64,000 nucleotides of DNA from an uncultured Acidimicrobiaceae bacterium (GTDB taxonomy: Bacteria; Actinomycetota; Acidimicrobiia; Acidimicrobiales; Bog-793), in contig CAWDKZ010000022.1 of NCBI GenBank assembly GCA_963803025.1, positions 11,917-75,916 of the forward strand, in the 5' to 3' direction. Both the position numbers and the translations under genes were made by a program. This document shows, in pieces, positions 30,641-40,473 of this stretch. The notes beneath the pieces were generated by a model. It was not told the DNA's origin, did not search any database, and worked only from the letters and a program-made list of their open reading frames with translations. Positions within the stretch are counted from its first letter, which is position 1, and each line of letters opens with the position of its first letter.

Positions 30641-32284
30641 ATGGCCAATCGCGACCATGCATACGAAGACGGCAGGACCGCCGTCCTTGACTCGGCGCAC
30701 GTCGGAGACATCCGAGGTGCGCTCGGCACGATCGGCGTCGGTGACACCGGCGCGCGCCGGTCCTTTCTCGCGCGCCTGCTCACGCTGGCGGCGATCGTCG
30801 GACCCGGCCTCATCGTCATGGTCGGCGACAACGACGCCGGCGGCGTCGCGACCTACGCGCAGGCGGGCCAGAACTTCGGGCTGACGCTGCTGTGGACCCT
30901 GCCGCTGCTCATCCCGGTGCTCGTCGTCAACCAGGAGATGGTCGTGCGCCTCGGCGCGGTGACCGGCGTCGGCCACGCCCGCCTCATCAACGAGCGTTTC
31001 GGCCGGTTCTGGGGTGCGTTCTCGGTCGGCGACCTGTTCGTCCTCAACTTCCTCACGATCGTGACCGAGTTCATCGGGGTCAGCCTGGCGCTCGGCTACT
31101 TCGGCGTGAGCCCGTACATCTCAGTGCCGATCGCCGCGGTCGGTCTCGTCGCGATGACGACCTCGGGGAGCTTCCGCCGCTGGGAACGCTTCATGCTCCT
31201 GTTCGTGGTCGCGAACTTCCTCGTCATCCCGCTCGTCATCTTCTCGCACCCGCACGTCGGCCCCGTCGTCCGCGGCCTCGTCATCCCCGGCGTGCGGGGC
31301 GGCGTGAGCTCGACGGCGATCCTGCTCATCATCGCGATCGTCGGGACGACGGTCGCCCCCTGGCAGCTGTTCTTCCAGCAGTCGAACATCGTCGACAAGC
31401 GGATCACCCCACGCTGGGTGAACTACGAACGTGTCGACACCCTGATCGGCTCGCTCGTCACGGTCTTCGCGGCGACGTTGATCGTCACCACCGCAGCCTT
31501 CGCCTTCGGGCACACGCCCCTTTCCGGCCACTTCTCCAACGCCGCGGGGGTCGCGCGGGGTCTCGAGCACTACCTCGGGAACAGCGCGGGGACGCTCTTC
31601 TCGATCGTTCTGCTCAACGCGTCGATCATCGGCGCCGCGGCGGTGACCCTGGCGACGTCGTACGCCTTCGGTGACATGTTCTCGATGAAGCACTCGCTCC
31701 ATCGCCGCGTGAGCGACGCCAAGGCCTTCTACGCGACGTACTCGTCGCTCGTCTTCGTCGCCGCGGCCGTCGTGCTCGTGCCGCGCGCCCCCCTCGGGCT
31801 CATCACGATGGCGGTTCAGGCGCTGGCGGGCGTGCTCCTGCCGAGCGCGACGGTCTTCCTCGTGCTGCTCTGCAACGACCGTGAGGTGCTCGGCCCCTGG
31901 GTCAACCGGCTCTGGTTGAACGTCCTCGCCGGTCTCATCGTCTCGGTCCTCGTCGCGCTCTCGCTGATCTTGATGGCGACGACCGTCTTCCCGCACATCA
32001 ACGTGATGTTCGTGATCACGCTCCTCGGTGCGGTGCTCGTCGGGGGTGGGGTATTCGCCGCCGTCCTCGGCCTGCAGGCGCGGTCCCGCCGGGAGATCCC
32101 GGACGAGCCCCGCGCGACCCGGTCCCAGCGCGAGAACTGGCGAATGCCACCGCTCACGCTGCTCGCGCGACCCGTCCTGTCGAGGGGGCGCCGGATCACG
32201 ATGGTCGCGATGTGGGGCTACCTCGCGGTCGCCGTCGGGCTCCTCGCAGTGAAGGCCGTCGAGCTTGGCGTCGGCCAACGCTGA
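30641..32284 (+). CDS. NRAMP-related transporter with a non-canonical metal site (NRMT-like, probable Mg2+ importer)
   Basis: It has the NRAMP fold. TM1 reads VGDNDAGGVATYAQAG versus canonical IGYIDPGNFATNIQAG, and TM6 reads VGTTVAPWQLFFQQS versus LGATVMPHAIYLHS. It is preceded by the M-box. Confidence 0.85.
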   Translation: MANRDHAYEDGRTAVLDSAHVGDIRGALGTIGVGDTGARRSFLARLLTLAAIVGPGLIVMVGDNDAGGVATYAQAGQNFGLTLLWTLPLLIPVLVVNQEMVVRLGAVTGVGHARLINERFGRFWGAFSVGDLFVLNFLTIVTEFIGVSLALGYFGVSPYISVPIAAVGLVAMTTSGSFRRWERFMLLFVVANFLVIPLVIFSHPHVGPVVRGLVIPGVRGGVSSTAILLIIAIVGTTVAPWQLFFQQSNIVDKRITPRWVNYERVDTLIGSLVTVFAATLIVTTAAFAFGHTPLSGHFSNAAGVARGLEHYLGNSAGTLFSIVLLNASIIGAAAVTLATSYAFGDMFSMKHSLHRRVSDAKAFYATYSSLVFVAAAVVLVPRAPLGLITMAVQALAGVLLPSATVFLVLLCNDREVLGPWVNRLWLNVLAGLIVSVLVALSLILMATTVFPHINVMFVITLLGAVLVGGGVFAAVLGLQARSRREIPDEPRATRSQRENWRMPPLTLLARPVLSRGRRITMVAMWGYLAVAVGLLAVKAVELGVGQR

Positions 32285-32330
32285 CGCTGGGCTGTTTGCC
32301 GGGATCGCGGCGAGCGGCGAGGCTTGTCCG

Positions 32331-33632
32331 ATGACGCGCGCGGCGCGGCAAGCTCGTGCCCCCGATCAATCGGCTGCCGCCGACGGCCCGCTGCGCGTCG
32401 CATTCCTCGTCTACCGCGGCAACCCGCGCTGCGGCGGGCAGGGGGTGTACACGCGGCACCTCTCGCGGGCGCTCGCCGCGGCGGGCCATCGCGTCTCCGT
32501 GTTCGCCGGCCAGCCGTACCCGGAACTCGACGAAGGCGTGGACTTCACGCCGCTGGCGAGCCTCGACCTGTACCGGGAGCCGGACCCGTTCCGTCGGCCG
32601 CGCCTGCGCGAGATCGCCTCGCCGACCGACGCCGTGGAGCTCGCGACGATGTGGACCGGGGGTTTCGGCGAACCGCGCGCCTTCTCGTGGCGGGCGCGTG
32701 CCGCGCTCGCCGGCCGGCGAGGCGACTTCGACGTCGTCCACGACGACCAGGGCCTCGGATCGGGACTGCTCCGCATGCACGAGGAGGGCTGGCCGATCGT
32801 GGCGTCGATCCACCACCCGGTGACCATCGACCGCGCCCTCGACCTCGCGCAGGCGCGTGGGCTCGTGCGGACGCTGTCGCTGCGCCGGTGGTACGGGTTC
32901 GCGGCGATGCAGAGCCGCGTCGCGCGACGACTCCCGCGCATCGTGACCGTGTCGGAGTCGTCGCGGCGCGACATCGCCGCGGAGATGGGCGTCGTGCCCG
33001 AGAGGATCACGGCCATCCCGCTCGGTGTCGACACGGCGTGCTGGCGTCCGCTGCCGGCGATCCGCCGGGTCCCCGGGCGGATCATGACGACGGCGAGCGC
33101 CGACGTACCCTTGAAAGGACTCGTCTTCCTGCTCGAGGCGCTGGCGAAGTTGCGCACCGAAAGTGACGACGCGCACCTCGTCGTGGTCGGACAGCCGCGT
33201 GCCGCCGGTCCGGTGGCGGCGGCGATCGAGCGTCTCGGTCTCGAGGCGGCGGTGCGATTCGTCGCCGGGGAGTCCGACGGCCGTCTCGCCGAGCGGTACG
33301 CCGAGGCGTCGGTGGCGGTCGTCCCCTCGCTCTACGAGGGGTTCTCGCTCCCGGCCGTCGAGGCGATGGCGTGCGCCGTCCCGCTCGTGGCGACGAGCGG
33401 CGGGGCGCTGCCCGAAGTCGTCGGTCCCGACGGCGCGGCCGCGCTCGTCGTCCCGCCCGGGGATCCCGGCGCGATCGTCGCGGCCGTCGGCCGGCTCCTC
33501 GCGCAGCCGCCGCTCGCCCGGCGGCTCGGGACCGCGGCGCGCAACCGGGCGCGCGAGCGGTTCAGCTGGGATCGGGTCGCCGCCGCGACGGCCGACGTGT
33601 ACCGGGCCGTTCTCGAGGACCGGCCGTGCTGA
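32331..33632 (+). CDS. glycosyltransferase family 4 (GT-B)
   Basis: The N-terminus is LRVAFLVYRGNPRCGGQGVYTRHLSRALAAAGHRVSVF, and the C-terminal VPSLYEGFSLPAVEAMACAVPLVATSGGALPEVV carries the E-x7-E motif. Confidence 0.88.
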   Translation: MTRAARQARAPDQSAAADGPLRVAFLVYRGNPRCGGQGVYTRHLSRALAAAGHRVSVFAGQPYPELDEGVDFTPLASLDLYREPDPFRRPRLREIASPTDAVELATMWTGGFGEPRAFSWRARAALAGRRGDFDVVHDDQGLGSGLLRMHEEGWPIVASIHHPVTIDRALDLAQARGLVRTLSLRRWYGFAAMQSRVARRLPRIVTVSESSRRDIAAEMGVVPERITAIPLGVDTACWRPLPAIRRVPGRIMTTASADVPLKGLVFLLEALAKLRTESDDAHLVVVGQPRAAGPVAAAIERLGLEAAVRFVAGESDGRLAERYAEASVAVVPSLYEGFSLPAVEAMACAVPLVATSGGALPEVVGPDGAAALVVPPGDPGAIVAAVGRLLAQPPLARRLGTAARNRARERFSWDRVAAATADVYRAVLEDRPC

Positions 33633-34339
33633 CCGTCGACCTCGAACGGGCGGCGATCCGGCCGGGGCTGCTCGTGCTCGACCTCGGCTGTGGGGGCGGT
33701 CGCCACACCTTCGCCTGCCTGAAGGCCGGCGCGCACGTCGTCGCGCTCGACGCGGCGCGTTCCGAGATTGACGGTGTCCTCGGGATGGTGGCGGCGCTGC
33801 ACGGCGCGGGCGAGGTGCCGGGCGGCACGCGCCACGGCGGCGTCGTTGCCGACGCGACCCGGCTCCCCTTCGCCGACGCGAGCTTCGACCGGGTGATCGC
33901 GTCCGAGGTGCTCGAGCACCTCGTCGACGACGAGGCGGCGATCGCCGAACTCGCGCGGGTCCTCAAGCGCGGCGGGCTCGCCGCGCTGAGCGTCCCGGCC
34001 GCCGGACCCGAGCGGGCCAACTGGGCGCTATCCGCGGACTACCACCAGGTCGCGGGGGGTCACGTCCGCATCTACCGGCGCCGCGTGCTCGTCGGTCGGT
34101 GCGAGCGGGCCGGGCTGCGGTTCGTGGGTTCGCACCACGCGCACGCGCTGCACTCGCCGTACTGGCTCCTGCGGTGCGCGGTCGGCATCGGCCGCGATGA
34201 CCACCCCCTCGTCGCCGCCTACCACCGGCTGCTCGTCTGGGACATCACGCGACGCCCGGCCGTGACGCGCGCCCTGGAGAAGGTGCTCAACCCGCTCATC
34301 GGCAAGAGCCTCGTCGTCTACGTGGAGAAGTCGGCCTGA
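33626..34339 (+). CDS. class I SAM-dependent methyltransferase
   Basis: GTG 33626 overlaps the glycosyltransferase stop. It carries LVLDLGCGGGRH (motif I) and FDRVIASEVLEHL. Confidence 0.85.
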   Translation: MLTVDLERAAIRPGLLVLDLGCGGGRHTFACLKAGAHVVALDAARSEIDGVLGMVAALHGAGEVPGGTRHGGVVADATRLPFADASFDRVIASEVLEHLVDDEAAIAELARVLKRGGLAALSVPAAGPERANWALSADYHQVAGGHVRIYRRRVLVGRCERAGLRFVGSHHAHALHSPYWLLRCAVGIGRDDHPLVAAYHRLLVWDITRRPAVTRALEKVLNPLIGKSLVVYVEKSA

Positions 34340-35349
34340 TGGCCGGCGCGCTCGTCGAGGCGACGGATCGCGTCGGCATCTCGCCGACGGTGGCGACCAT
34401 CCTCGAGGTCCAGCGGGAGAGCGGCATGGTCCCGTGGTTCCCGGGTGGTCACGCCGACCCGTGGAACCACGTCGAAGCGGTGATGGCGCTCGCTGCGGCG
34501 GGCGAGCTCGCCGCCGCGGCGCGTGGCTTGGGGTGGCTCGCCCGCGCCCAGCTCCCCGACGGGAGCTGGCACTCCTACTACGCCTGCGACGGCACCGTCG
34601 AGGAGCCGAGGATCGACACGAACGGCGTCGCCTACGTCGCGACCGGTGTCCTCGAGTACCTCCTGGCGAGCGGCGACCTCGGTGGTGCCGAGGAGCTGTT
34701 CGCCGTCGTCGAGCGCGCGCTCGCCTTCGTCCTCGGCCTGATGGGCCCGGCCGGCGACGTCCCGTGGTCCGTCGAGCCCTCCGGGCGTCCGGCGGACTCC
34801 TCGCTGCTCGCGGCGAGCTCGTCGATCTACCAGAGCCTGGGCTCGGGCGTGCGCCTCGCGGCGGCGCTCGGCATCGAGCGTCCCGCGTGGGTGGAAGCTG
34901 CCGCCCGGATCGGGCGGCGCGTCATGGTCCGCGAGTCGCGCTTCGCCGACAACAGCCAGTTCGCGATGGACTGGTACTACCCGGCGCTCGCCGGGGTCCT
35001 CGGCCGTGCTGCGTCCCGGGAGCGTCTCGGCGCACGCCTCGGCGAGTTCGTGCTGCCCGCACGGGGGGTCCTCTGCCGTTCGGACCGGCGCTGGGTGACC
35101 GCGTCCGAGACCGCCGAGTGCGCCGTCGCGCTCGCCCGCGTCGGCTGGACGGACCGGGCCTCGGCGCTGCTCGCGACGACCGAAGACCTGCGGTGCGCCG
35201 ACGGGTCGTACCTGACGGGCCTCGTGCACCCCGAGCGATCGGAGTTCCCGCCCGGCGAGCGCACGACGTACTCCGCGGCGGCGGTCATCCTCGCCACCGA
35301 CGTGCTCGCCGGGGGCGTCAGCGCGGCGGTGTTCGACCGTCTCGCCTGA
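34339..35349 (+). CDS. prenyltransferase / squalene-oxidase-repeat-like (alpha/alpha toroid) protein
   Basis: Its ATG overlaps the upstream stop (ATGA). Repeated motifs of the type LPDGSWHSYY and CADGSYLTGL are seen in terpenoid cyclase/prenyltransferase repeats. Confidence 0.65.
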   Translation: MAGALVEATDRVGISPTVATILEVQRESGMVPWFPGGHADPWNHVEAVMALAAAGELAAAARGLGWLARAQLPDGSWHSYYACDGTVEEPRIDTNGVAYVATGVLEYLLASGDLGGAEELFAVVERALAFVLGLMGPAGDVPWSVEPSGRPADSSLLAASSSIYQSLGSGVRLAAALGIERPAWVEAAARIGRRVMVRESRFADNSQFAMDWYYPALAGVLGRAASRERLGARLGEFVLPARGVLCRSDRRWVTASETAECAVALARVGWTDRASALLATTEDLRCADGSYLTGLVHPERSEFPPGERTTYSAAAVILATDVLAGGVSAAVFDRLA

Positions 35350-36070
35350 GCGTCGTCGGCTCTTCGTCCCACGGCGCCGGCGTGCGCACGAGGACGCGCA
35401 GGCTGCCGCAGCCCGCGGCCGCGTCCTCGGTGAAACGCGCCGACGCGAGCGCGTCGGCGTAGCACTCGTACGGCGGGCGGCCACCCTGCGCCGGGTCGAC
35501 GAACACGTCGTGGAAGACGAGGAAGCCACCGGGCGCGACGTGACGCGCCCACCCGTGGTAGTCCGCCCAGCAGGTGGCCGCGCCGTGACCGCCGTCGATG
35601 AAGACGAGGACCACCGGCGTCGACCAGTTGGCGGCGACCCGCGCCGAGTCGCCGACGACGGCGACCACGAGATCCTCGGCGTCGGCGCGTTCGAGCGTGG
35701 CGCGGAACCGCCCGAGCGAATCCATCCGACCGGTACGCGGGTCGACGAGCGCGGGGTCGTGATCGGGCCAACCCCGCTGCATCTCCTCGGAACCACGGTG
35801 GTGGTCGACGCTGAACACGACGGCGGGGGACGCGTCCGCGGCGGCGATCGCCGCCGCGAGGAAGAGCGTCGAACGGCCGAGGTAGGAGCCGATCTCGACG
35901 AGCGGCCCGGTGCCGGCCCGCAACGCCCGCCCTGCCACGGCGAAGAGCGCCATCGCCTCTTCGACCGGCAGGAACCCCGCGGTCGCCCGCGCCTCGGCCA
36001 GCAGAGCTTGCGCCCGCGCCGGGGGCGCGTGCCGCTCGCCCCGAGATGGGGGTGGCGGCGCGGCGGTCAT
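35318..36070 (-). CDS. class I SAM-dependent methyltransferase (O-methyltransferase-like)
   Basis: ATG 36070 gives MTAAPPPP...PLVEIGSYLGRSTLFLAAAI...VLVFIDGGHG...GGFLVFHD. It converges on and overlaps the previous gene by about 30 nt. Confidence 0.8.
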   Translation of the reverse strand: MTAAPPPPSRGERHAPPARAQALLAEARATAGFLPVEEAMALFAVAGRALRAGTGPLVEIGSYLGRSTLFLAAAIAAADASPAVVFSVDHHRGSEEMQRGWPDHDPALVDPRTGRMDSLGRFRATLERADAEDLVVAVVGDSARVAANWSTPVVLVFIDGGHGAATCWADYHGWARHVAPGGFLVFHDVFVDPAQGGRPPYECYADALASARFTEDAAAGCGSLRVLVRTPAPWDEEPTTLRRDGRTPPR

Positions 36071-36711
36071 GCCGTGGCCGCCGCGACCGCGCTCCAGACG
36101 CCGAGGCCGAGCAGGATCACCCCGGAGAGCTTGCGCACGACGTCGAGCGGAACCGCCCGCGTGATCGTCCGGCCGGCGGCGACGCCGACGCCGCTGATGA
36201 CGACGAAGGCGAGTGCGGCACCGCAGAAGACGCTCAGCGGGTCGCGCGACTTCGCCGAGAGATTGGCGATCACGACCTGGGTGAGGTCGCCGAACTCCGC
36301 GAGGGCGATCACGAGGAACGTCACCGCGGCGATCCGCCACCGGGAGAGACCGTGTCGCCCGGTCCTGGGCGGCTCGTCGCCGTCGCCCGGCGCGAGCCGG
36401 CGCTCCTCGTCCGATGCGATCTCGCCGCTGCGGCGTTCGACGGCGGAGCCTCGGGCAGAAAAGAGGTACGCCGCGCCGGCGACGAAGAGTCCGGCGACGA
36501 TCGCGGCAACAACGCGGTGCGGCGCGAGCGCGAGGAGTCGGCCGGCGACGGCGGCAACGCCGGCCTGGGCGACGAGGCCCGCCGCCGCACCGCTCCACAC
36601 CGGGAGCGGACGGTGCCGCGAGGAGAGCACGACGGTGGAGACGAACGTCTTGTCCGGGAGCTCGGCGGGGATCACGACGGCGAAGGTCGCCGCCGCGAGT
36701 CCGAGGTTCAC
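36067..36711 (-). CDS. UPF0016 / TMEM165-GDT1 family cation (Mn2+/Ca2+) transporter
   Basis: Two copies of the E-x-G-D-(K/L)-T signature are present (AELPDKT and AEFGDLT), in a six-TM layout. There is an ATGA overlap with the downstream methyltransferase. Confidence 0.85.
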   Translation of the reverse strand: MNLGLAAATFAVVIPAELPDKTFVSTVVLSSRHRPLPVWSGAAAGLVAQAGVAAVAGRLLALAPHRVVAAIVAGLFVAGAAYLFSARGSAVERRSGEIASDEERRLAPGDGDEPPRTGRHGLSRWRIAAVTFLVIALAEFGDLTQVVIANLSAKSRDPLSVFCGAALAFVVISGVGVAAGRTITRAVPLDVVRKLSGVILLGLGVWSAVAAATA

Positions 36712-36718
36712 CGCGGCG

Positions 36719-39334
36719 TCAGCGGCGCGACAGGAGAGCGCCGAGCGACCCGCTGACCCGTGTCGCGAGACGGACGTTCACCTCGAGCTGCTCGACGATC
36801 TGGTCGAGGAGCCGCTTGCGGCCGCCGGAGAACTGCTCGTCGACGAAGGCGCGCACGGCCGTCGTGTAGACCGGCTCGCCGTCGGTGTCGAGTTCGGCGA
36901 GGCCCGCCATCCCCTCGAGCATGCGGTGGATCGAGTTGTCCGGGTAGCGGTCGGCGAGCTCGCCGAAGTGCGCCGAGATGAACGCCCAGGTGGCCGGTCC
37001 GATCGCCCGTTGGCCGAGCATCATCCCGAGCAGGTACGGCGCGTCCTGGCTGCGGATCTCGTGGCGACAGAGCTCGTGGACCTCGGCGGCGTAGCCGACG
37101 TCCGTGAGGAAGCCGAGGGCGTTGCGGTGGCGGCGCTCGTCGAGGGGAGAGCGCGGACGCCGGGCGCGGGCGACGATCGCGTCGAATTCCTCCTGGCGGG
37201 CGTTCCAGGCGACCGTCGCGAGGACGCCGCTGGCGATGTCGGCGTCGATCTCCCCTTGTCCGCGCTCGTCGGCCGCGAAGAGCTCGCGCGCCCTTGCGAG
37301 CACGTCCTCGTCGCCGCCGAAGGTGCCGAGCGCTGAGATGAGGGTGGCGCGCAGGACCGGCGTCTGCTCGCCCTCGTCCGCGCTCGCCTCCCATCCGAGG
37401 CGAGCGAGCTCCGGTTGCAGCACGGACCGCACGTAACGGGCGACGAGGGCGCGGTCAGACGCCGGCGCGACGAGATCGATGAGCCGCAACGCCGTCGTCA
37501 CGACCGACCAGATGTAGGGGTCGTCCTCGCCGGCGAAGTGGCCGACGGCGTCGAGGAACTCCCCGAGCTCGGCGAGGCCGGCGAGGACCGCGGCCCACAG
37601 GTCGCCGATGAGCCCGAGGCGTTCGATCGCATCGAGCGCCTCGAGACGGTTGAGCAGTCCCTCCCGGAGTGCCGGGTCGTGTCGGACGCGGTAGAAGCCG
37701 GTGCCGCCGGCGTTGACGACGACCGGCGACGCGCCGCACGCGAGCCGCAGCGGCGTGTCGGCGAGCAGGACCCGGGTGACCTCGCCGCGATCGTCCGCGG
37801 ATGCGGCGAGGACCGGGACGAGCCAGCGCGCGCCCGCCGTGGCATCCGGCGCCGTCGCGGCGGGAAGGTAGGAGAACGGCTCCTGGCGCAGCTCGATCTC
37901 GGCGCCGTCGGCACCGGGCACCCGGGAGGCGCTGACGATCGGGTAGCCGCCCTGGAAGACCCAGGAGTCCATGGCAGCGCGCAGCGGCACGTCGGGGTTC
38001 TCCGCCTCGATCGCGTCCCACAGGTCCGTCGTCTCGGCGTTGTCGAAGGCGTTCGTCGACAGGTAGCGGCGCACGCCGGCGCGGAACCGGTCGTGGCCGA
38101 TGTACTGCTCGATCATCCAGAGGACCGCCGGAGCCTTGACGTAGGTGATCGGCACGTCGAACATCGCCGCGGCCTCTTCGGGGGTGCGGACCGGGAACTC
38201 GATGGCGCGCGTGGAGCTCAGCCCGTCGACGAGGCGCGCGTACTCCCGCAGGCGGGCGAAGCCGACGAAGCACTGCCACTCGGGGTGGAAGTCGTCCTGG
38301 CAACGCAACGCCATGAACGTCGCGAAGGCCTCGTTCAGCCACACGCCGTTCCACCAGCGCATCGTGACGAGGTCCCCGAACCACATGTGGGCGAGCTCGT
38401 GCTCGATGACCTCGGCGATGCGGCGCATCTCGGGCCGCGCCGTGTCGGCGGGGTCGGCGAGGAGCTCGGCCTCGCGGAAGGTGACGCAGCCGAGGTTCTC
38501 CATCGCGCCCGACGCGAAGTCCGGGATCGCGACGAGGTCGAGCTTGTCGCCGGGATACGGGAGCGAGAAGTACTCGCGGTAGTAGCGCAGCGCGTGCGCC
38601 GCGACCTCGATCGCGAACGCCGTGAGGTGGCCCTTGCCCGGCGCGGTGACGACGCGCAAGGCGATGCCGTCGACGTCGACGGGATCGGTCGCCACCAGGG
38701 GGCCGACGACGAAGGCGACGAGGTAGGTCGACATCGGGATCGTGTCGGCGAAGTGGACGCGGCGCGCGCCCGAGGCGAGGTGCTCGACGGAGGTCTCGGG
38801 GCCGTTCGAGACCGCGAGCATCCCCGGGGGGGCGAGGAGCGTCACGCCGAAGACGGCCTTCAGGTCCGGCTCGTCAAAGCACGGAAACGCCTTGCGGGCG
38901 TCGGTCTCCTCGAACTGCGTCGTGGCGATCGTGCGCTCGTTGCCCTCGGCGTCGACGAACTGGCTGCGGTAGAAGCCCTGGAGTTGGTCGTTGAGGGCGC
39001 CCGCGAACCGGCACGCGAGGGTGTAGCGCCCGGGTGGTACCGGCGCGCCGTGCCCGAAGCGCACGAGCGTGTTGGCGACGTCGAGCGAGGCAGAGAGCGC
39101 CGTCGGCACCGTGGTCGCGTCGGCCCCCCAGCCAGGCGTGATCGTCGCCTCGCTGATCGTGAGGCCGTCGGCGTTGAGGACGATCTCGTCTAGTTCGTCG
39201 AGCACCTCGAGCTCGATTCGCTCGGTGCCTTCGAAGCGGCACGACGAGATGTCGGGGGCGAGCTCGAGGTCGTAGCGCCGTGGCACGGCGTTGCGGGGGA
39301 GTCGGTAGTCGGACGGATTCTCAGGCGTGGTCAC
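36719..39334 (-). CDS. pepN: aminopeptidase N (M1 family)
   Basis: It has the GAMENLG exopeptidase motif and the HELAHMWFGDLVTMRWWNGVWLNEAF zinc site. Confidence 0.95.
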   Translation of the reverse strand: MTTPENPSDYRLPRNAVPRRYDLELAPDISSCRFEGTERIELEVLDELDEIVLNADGLTISEATITPGWGADATTVPTALSASLDVANTLVRFGHGAPVPPGRYTLACRFAGALNDQLQGFYRSQFVDAEGNERTIATTQFEETDARKAFPCFDEPDLKAVFGVTLLAPPGMLAVSNGPETSVEHLASGARRVHFADTIPMSTYLVAFVVGPLVATDPVDVDGIALRVVTAPGKGHLTAFAIEVAAHALRYYREYFSLPYPGDKLDLVAIPDFASGAMENLGCVTFREAELLADPADTARPEMRRIAEVIEHELAHMWFGDLVTMRWWNGVWLNEAFATFMALRCQDDFHPEWQCFVGFARLREYARLVDGLSSTRAIEFPVRTPEEAAAMFDVPITYVKAPAVLWMIEQYIGHDRFRAGVRRYLSTNAFDNAETTDLWDAIEAENPDVPLRAAMDSWVFQGGYPIVSASRVPGADGAEIELRQEPFSYLPAATAPDATAGARWLVPVLAASADDRGEVTRVLLADTPLRLACGASPVVVNAGGTGFYRVRHDPALREGLLNRLEALDAIERLGLIGDLWAAVLAGLAELGEFLDAVGHFAGEDDPYIWSVVTTALRLIDLVAPASDRALVARYVRSVLQPELARLGWEASADEGEQTPVLRATLISALGTFGGDEDVLARARELFAADERGQGEIDADIASGVLATVAWNARQEEFDAIVARARRPRSPLDERRHRNALGFLTDVGYAAEVHELCRHEIRSQDAPYLLGMMLGQRAIGPATWAFISAHFGELADRYPDNSIHRMLEGMAGLAELDTDGEPVYTTAVRAFVDEQFSGGRKRLLDQIVEQLEVNVRLATRVSGSLGALLSRR

Positions 39335-39408
39335 AGCACGACGAGGCTAGTCAACGTCGGAAGGCCCGCCACCGAGGCGGGCGAAGCGGGCGGCACTAGG
39401 GTGTCGGC

Positions 39409-40458
39409 GTGACGGGGGAGAACCGGGCGGTCCGAGCGCGTCCGCCTGTCGCGCCGAAGCGTTTCGACGTCGTCTGCGTCGGCAACGCGCTGATGGACCA
39501 CCTGGCGTTCGCCCCGAGCGCGGTCGTCGAGTCGCTCGGACTGCCGCTCGGCGCGATGACACTCGTCGACATCGCGACGACCGAACGGATCCGGTCGGTC
39601 GTCGGCCAGGGCCGCCAGGTCTCCGGCGGGGCCGTGACGAACAGCGCGGTCGGGGTCGCCTCGCTCGGTGGCCGCCCGGCTTTCATCGGCGCGGTGGCGA
39701 CCGACGACCTCGGCGACCGTTTCACCGCCGACCTCGAAGCGGCGGGCGTGCACGCCGTCTTGCAGCGTTTCGTGGCCGATTCCGCAGGCGACGAGGCCGC
39801 GACCGGGCGGTGCTACGTGATCGTCACACCCGACGCCGAGCGGACGATGGCGACCGCGCTCGGCGTCGGCGGCCGGCTCGACTCGGCGGGCATCGATGTC
39901 GACGTCGTCGGGGACGCCGAGCTCGTCTACTTCGAGGGCTACGTCCTCGACCTGCCCGAAGCGCCCGCACTCGTCGAACGCCTCCTCGACGCGGCACGCG
40001 GCGCCGGCACGGCCGTCGCGCTCGCGCTGTCGGACACGCTCCTTGTCGAACGGCACCGGGGCGTGCTGGAGGACCTGACGGGCGGACCTGTCGACATCGT
40101 GTTCGGCAACGAATCCGAACTCCTCGCCCTGACCCGCCGCGAGGACGTGCCGAGCGCGCTGGGCGCGATCGCGCGTCCAGGGCTCACCGTGGCGGTCACC
40201 CTCGGGGAGAGAGGCGCCATGGTCGGGACGGCGGACGGGCTCGTCGACGTCCCCGCCTGCCCGGTCGACGAGGTCGTCGACCTGACCGGTGCCGGAGACC
40301 TGTTCGCGGCGGGATTCTGCTTCGGGGTCACCCACGGCTACGGCCCGTCCGGCGCGGCGCGCCTCGGCACGTTGGCGGCGAGCGAGGTGATCAGCCACCT
40401 TGGCGCCCGTCCGGAGTCGTCGCTCGCCGAGCTCGCTCGGGCGCGAGGGATCGCCTAG
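39409..40458 (+). CDS. PfkB-family kinase, adenosine kinase-like
   Basis: The N-terminus FDVVCVGNALMDHL and the C-terminal DLTGAGDLFAAGF (PfkB signature 2) are present, in a nucleoside-salvage neighbourhood. Confidence 0.8.
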   Translation: MTGENRAVRARPPVAPKRFDVVCVGNALMDHLAFAPSAVVESLGLPLGAMTLVDIATTERIRSVVGQGRQVSGGAVTNSAVGVASLGGRPAFIGAVATDDLGDRFTADLEAAGVHAVLQRFVADSAGDEAATGRCYVIVTPDAERTMATALGVGGRLDSAGIDVDVVGDAELVYFEGYVLDLPEAPALVERLLDAARGAGTAVALALSDTLLVERHRGVLEDLTGGPVDIVFGNESELLALTRREDVPSALGAIARPGLTVAVTLGERGAMVGTADGLVDVPACPVDEVVDLTGAGDLFAAGFCFGVTHGYGPSGAARLGTLAASEVISHLGARPESSLAELARARGIA

Positions 40459-40473
40459 CGGCACCGTGCCCGG

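Noticed and set aside
36712-36718. Mn2+ (yybP-ykoY) riboswitch ahead of the UPF0016 transporter gene
   Set aside because: Only 7 nt separate it from the pepN stop, so there is no room for a leader. The gene is evidently co-transcribed with pepN.
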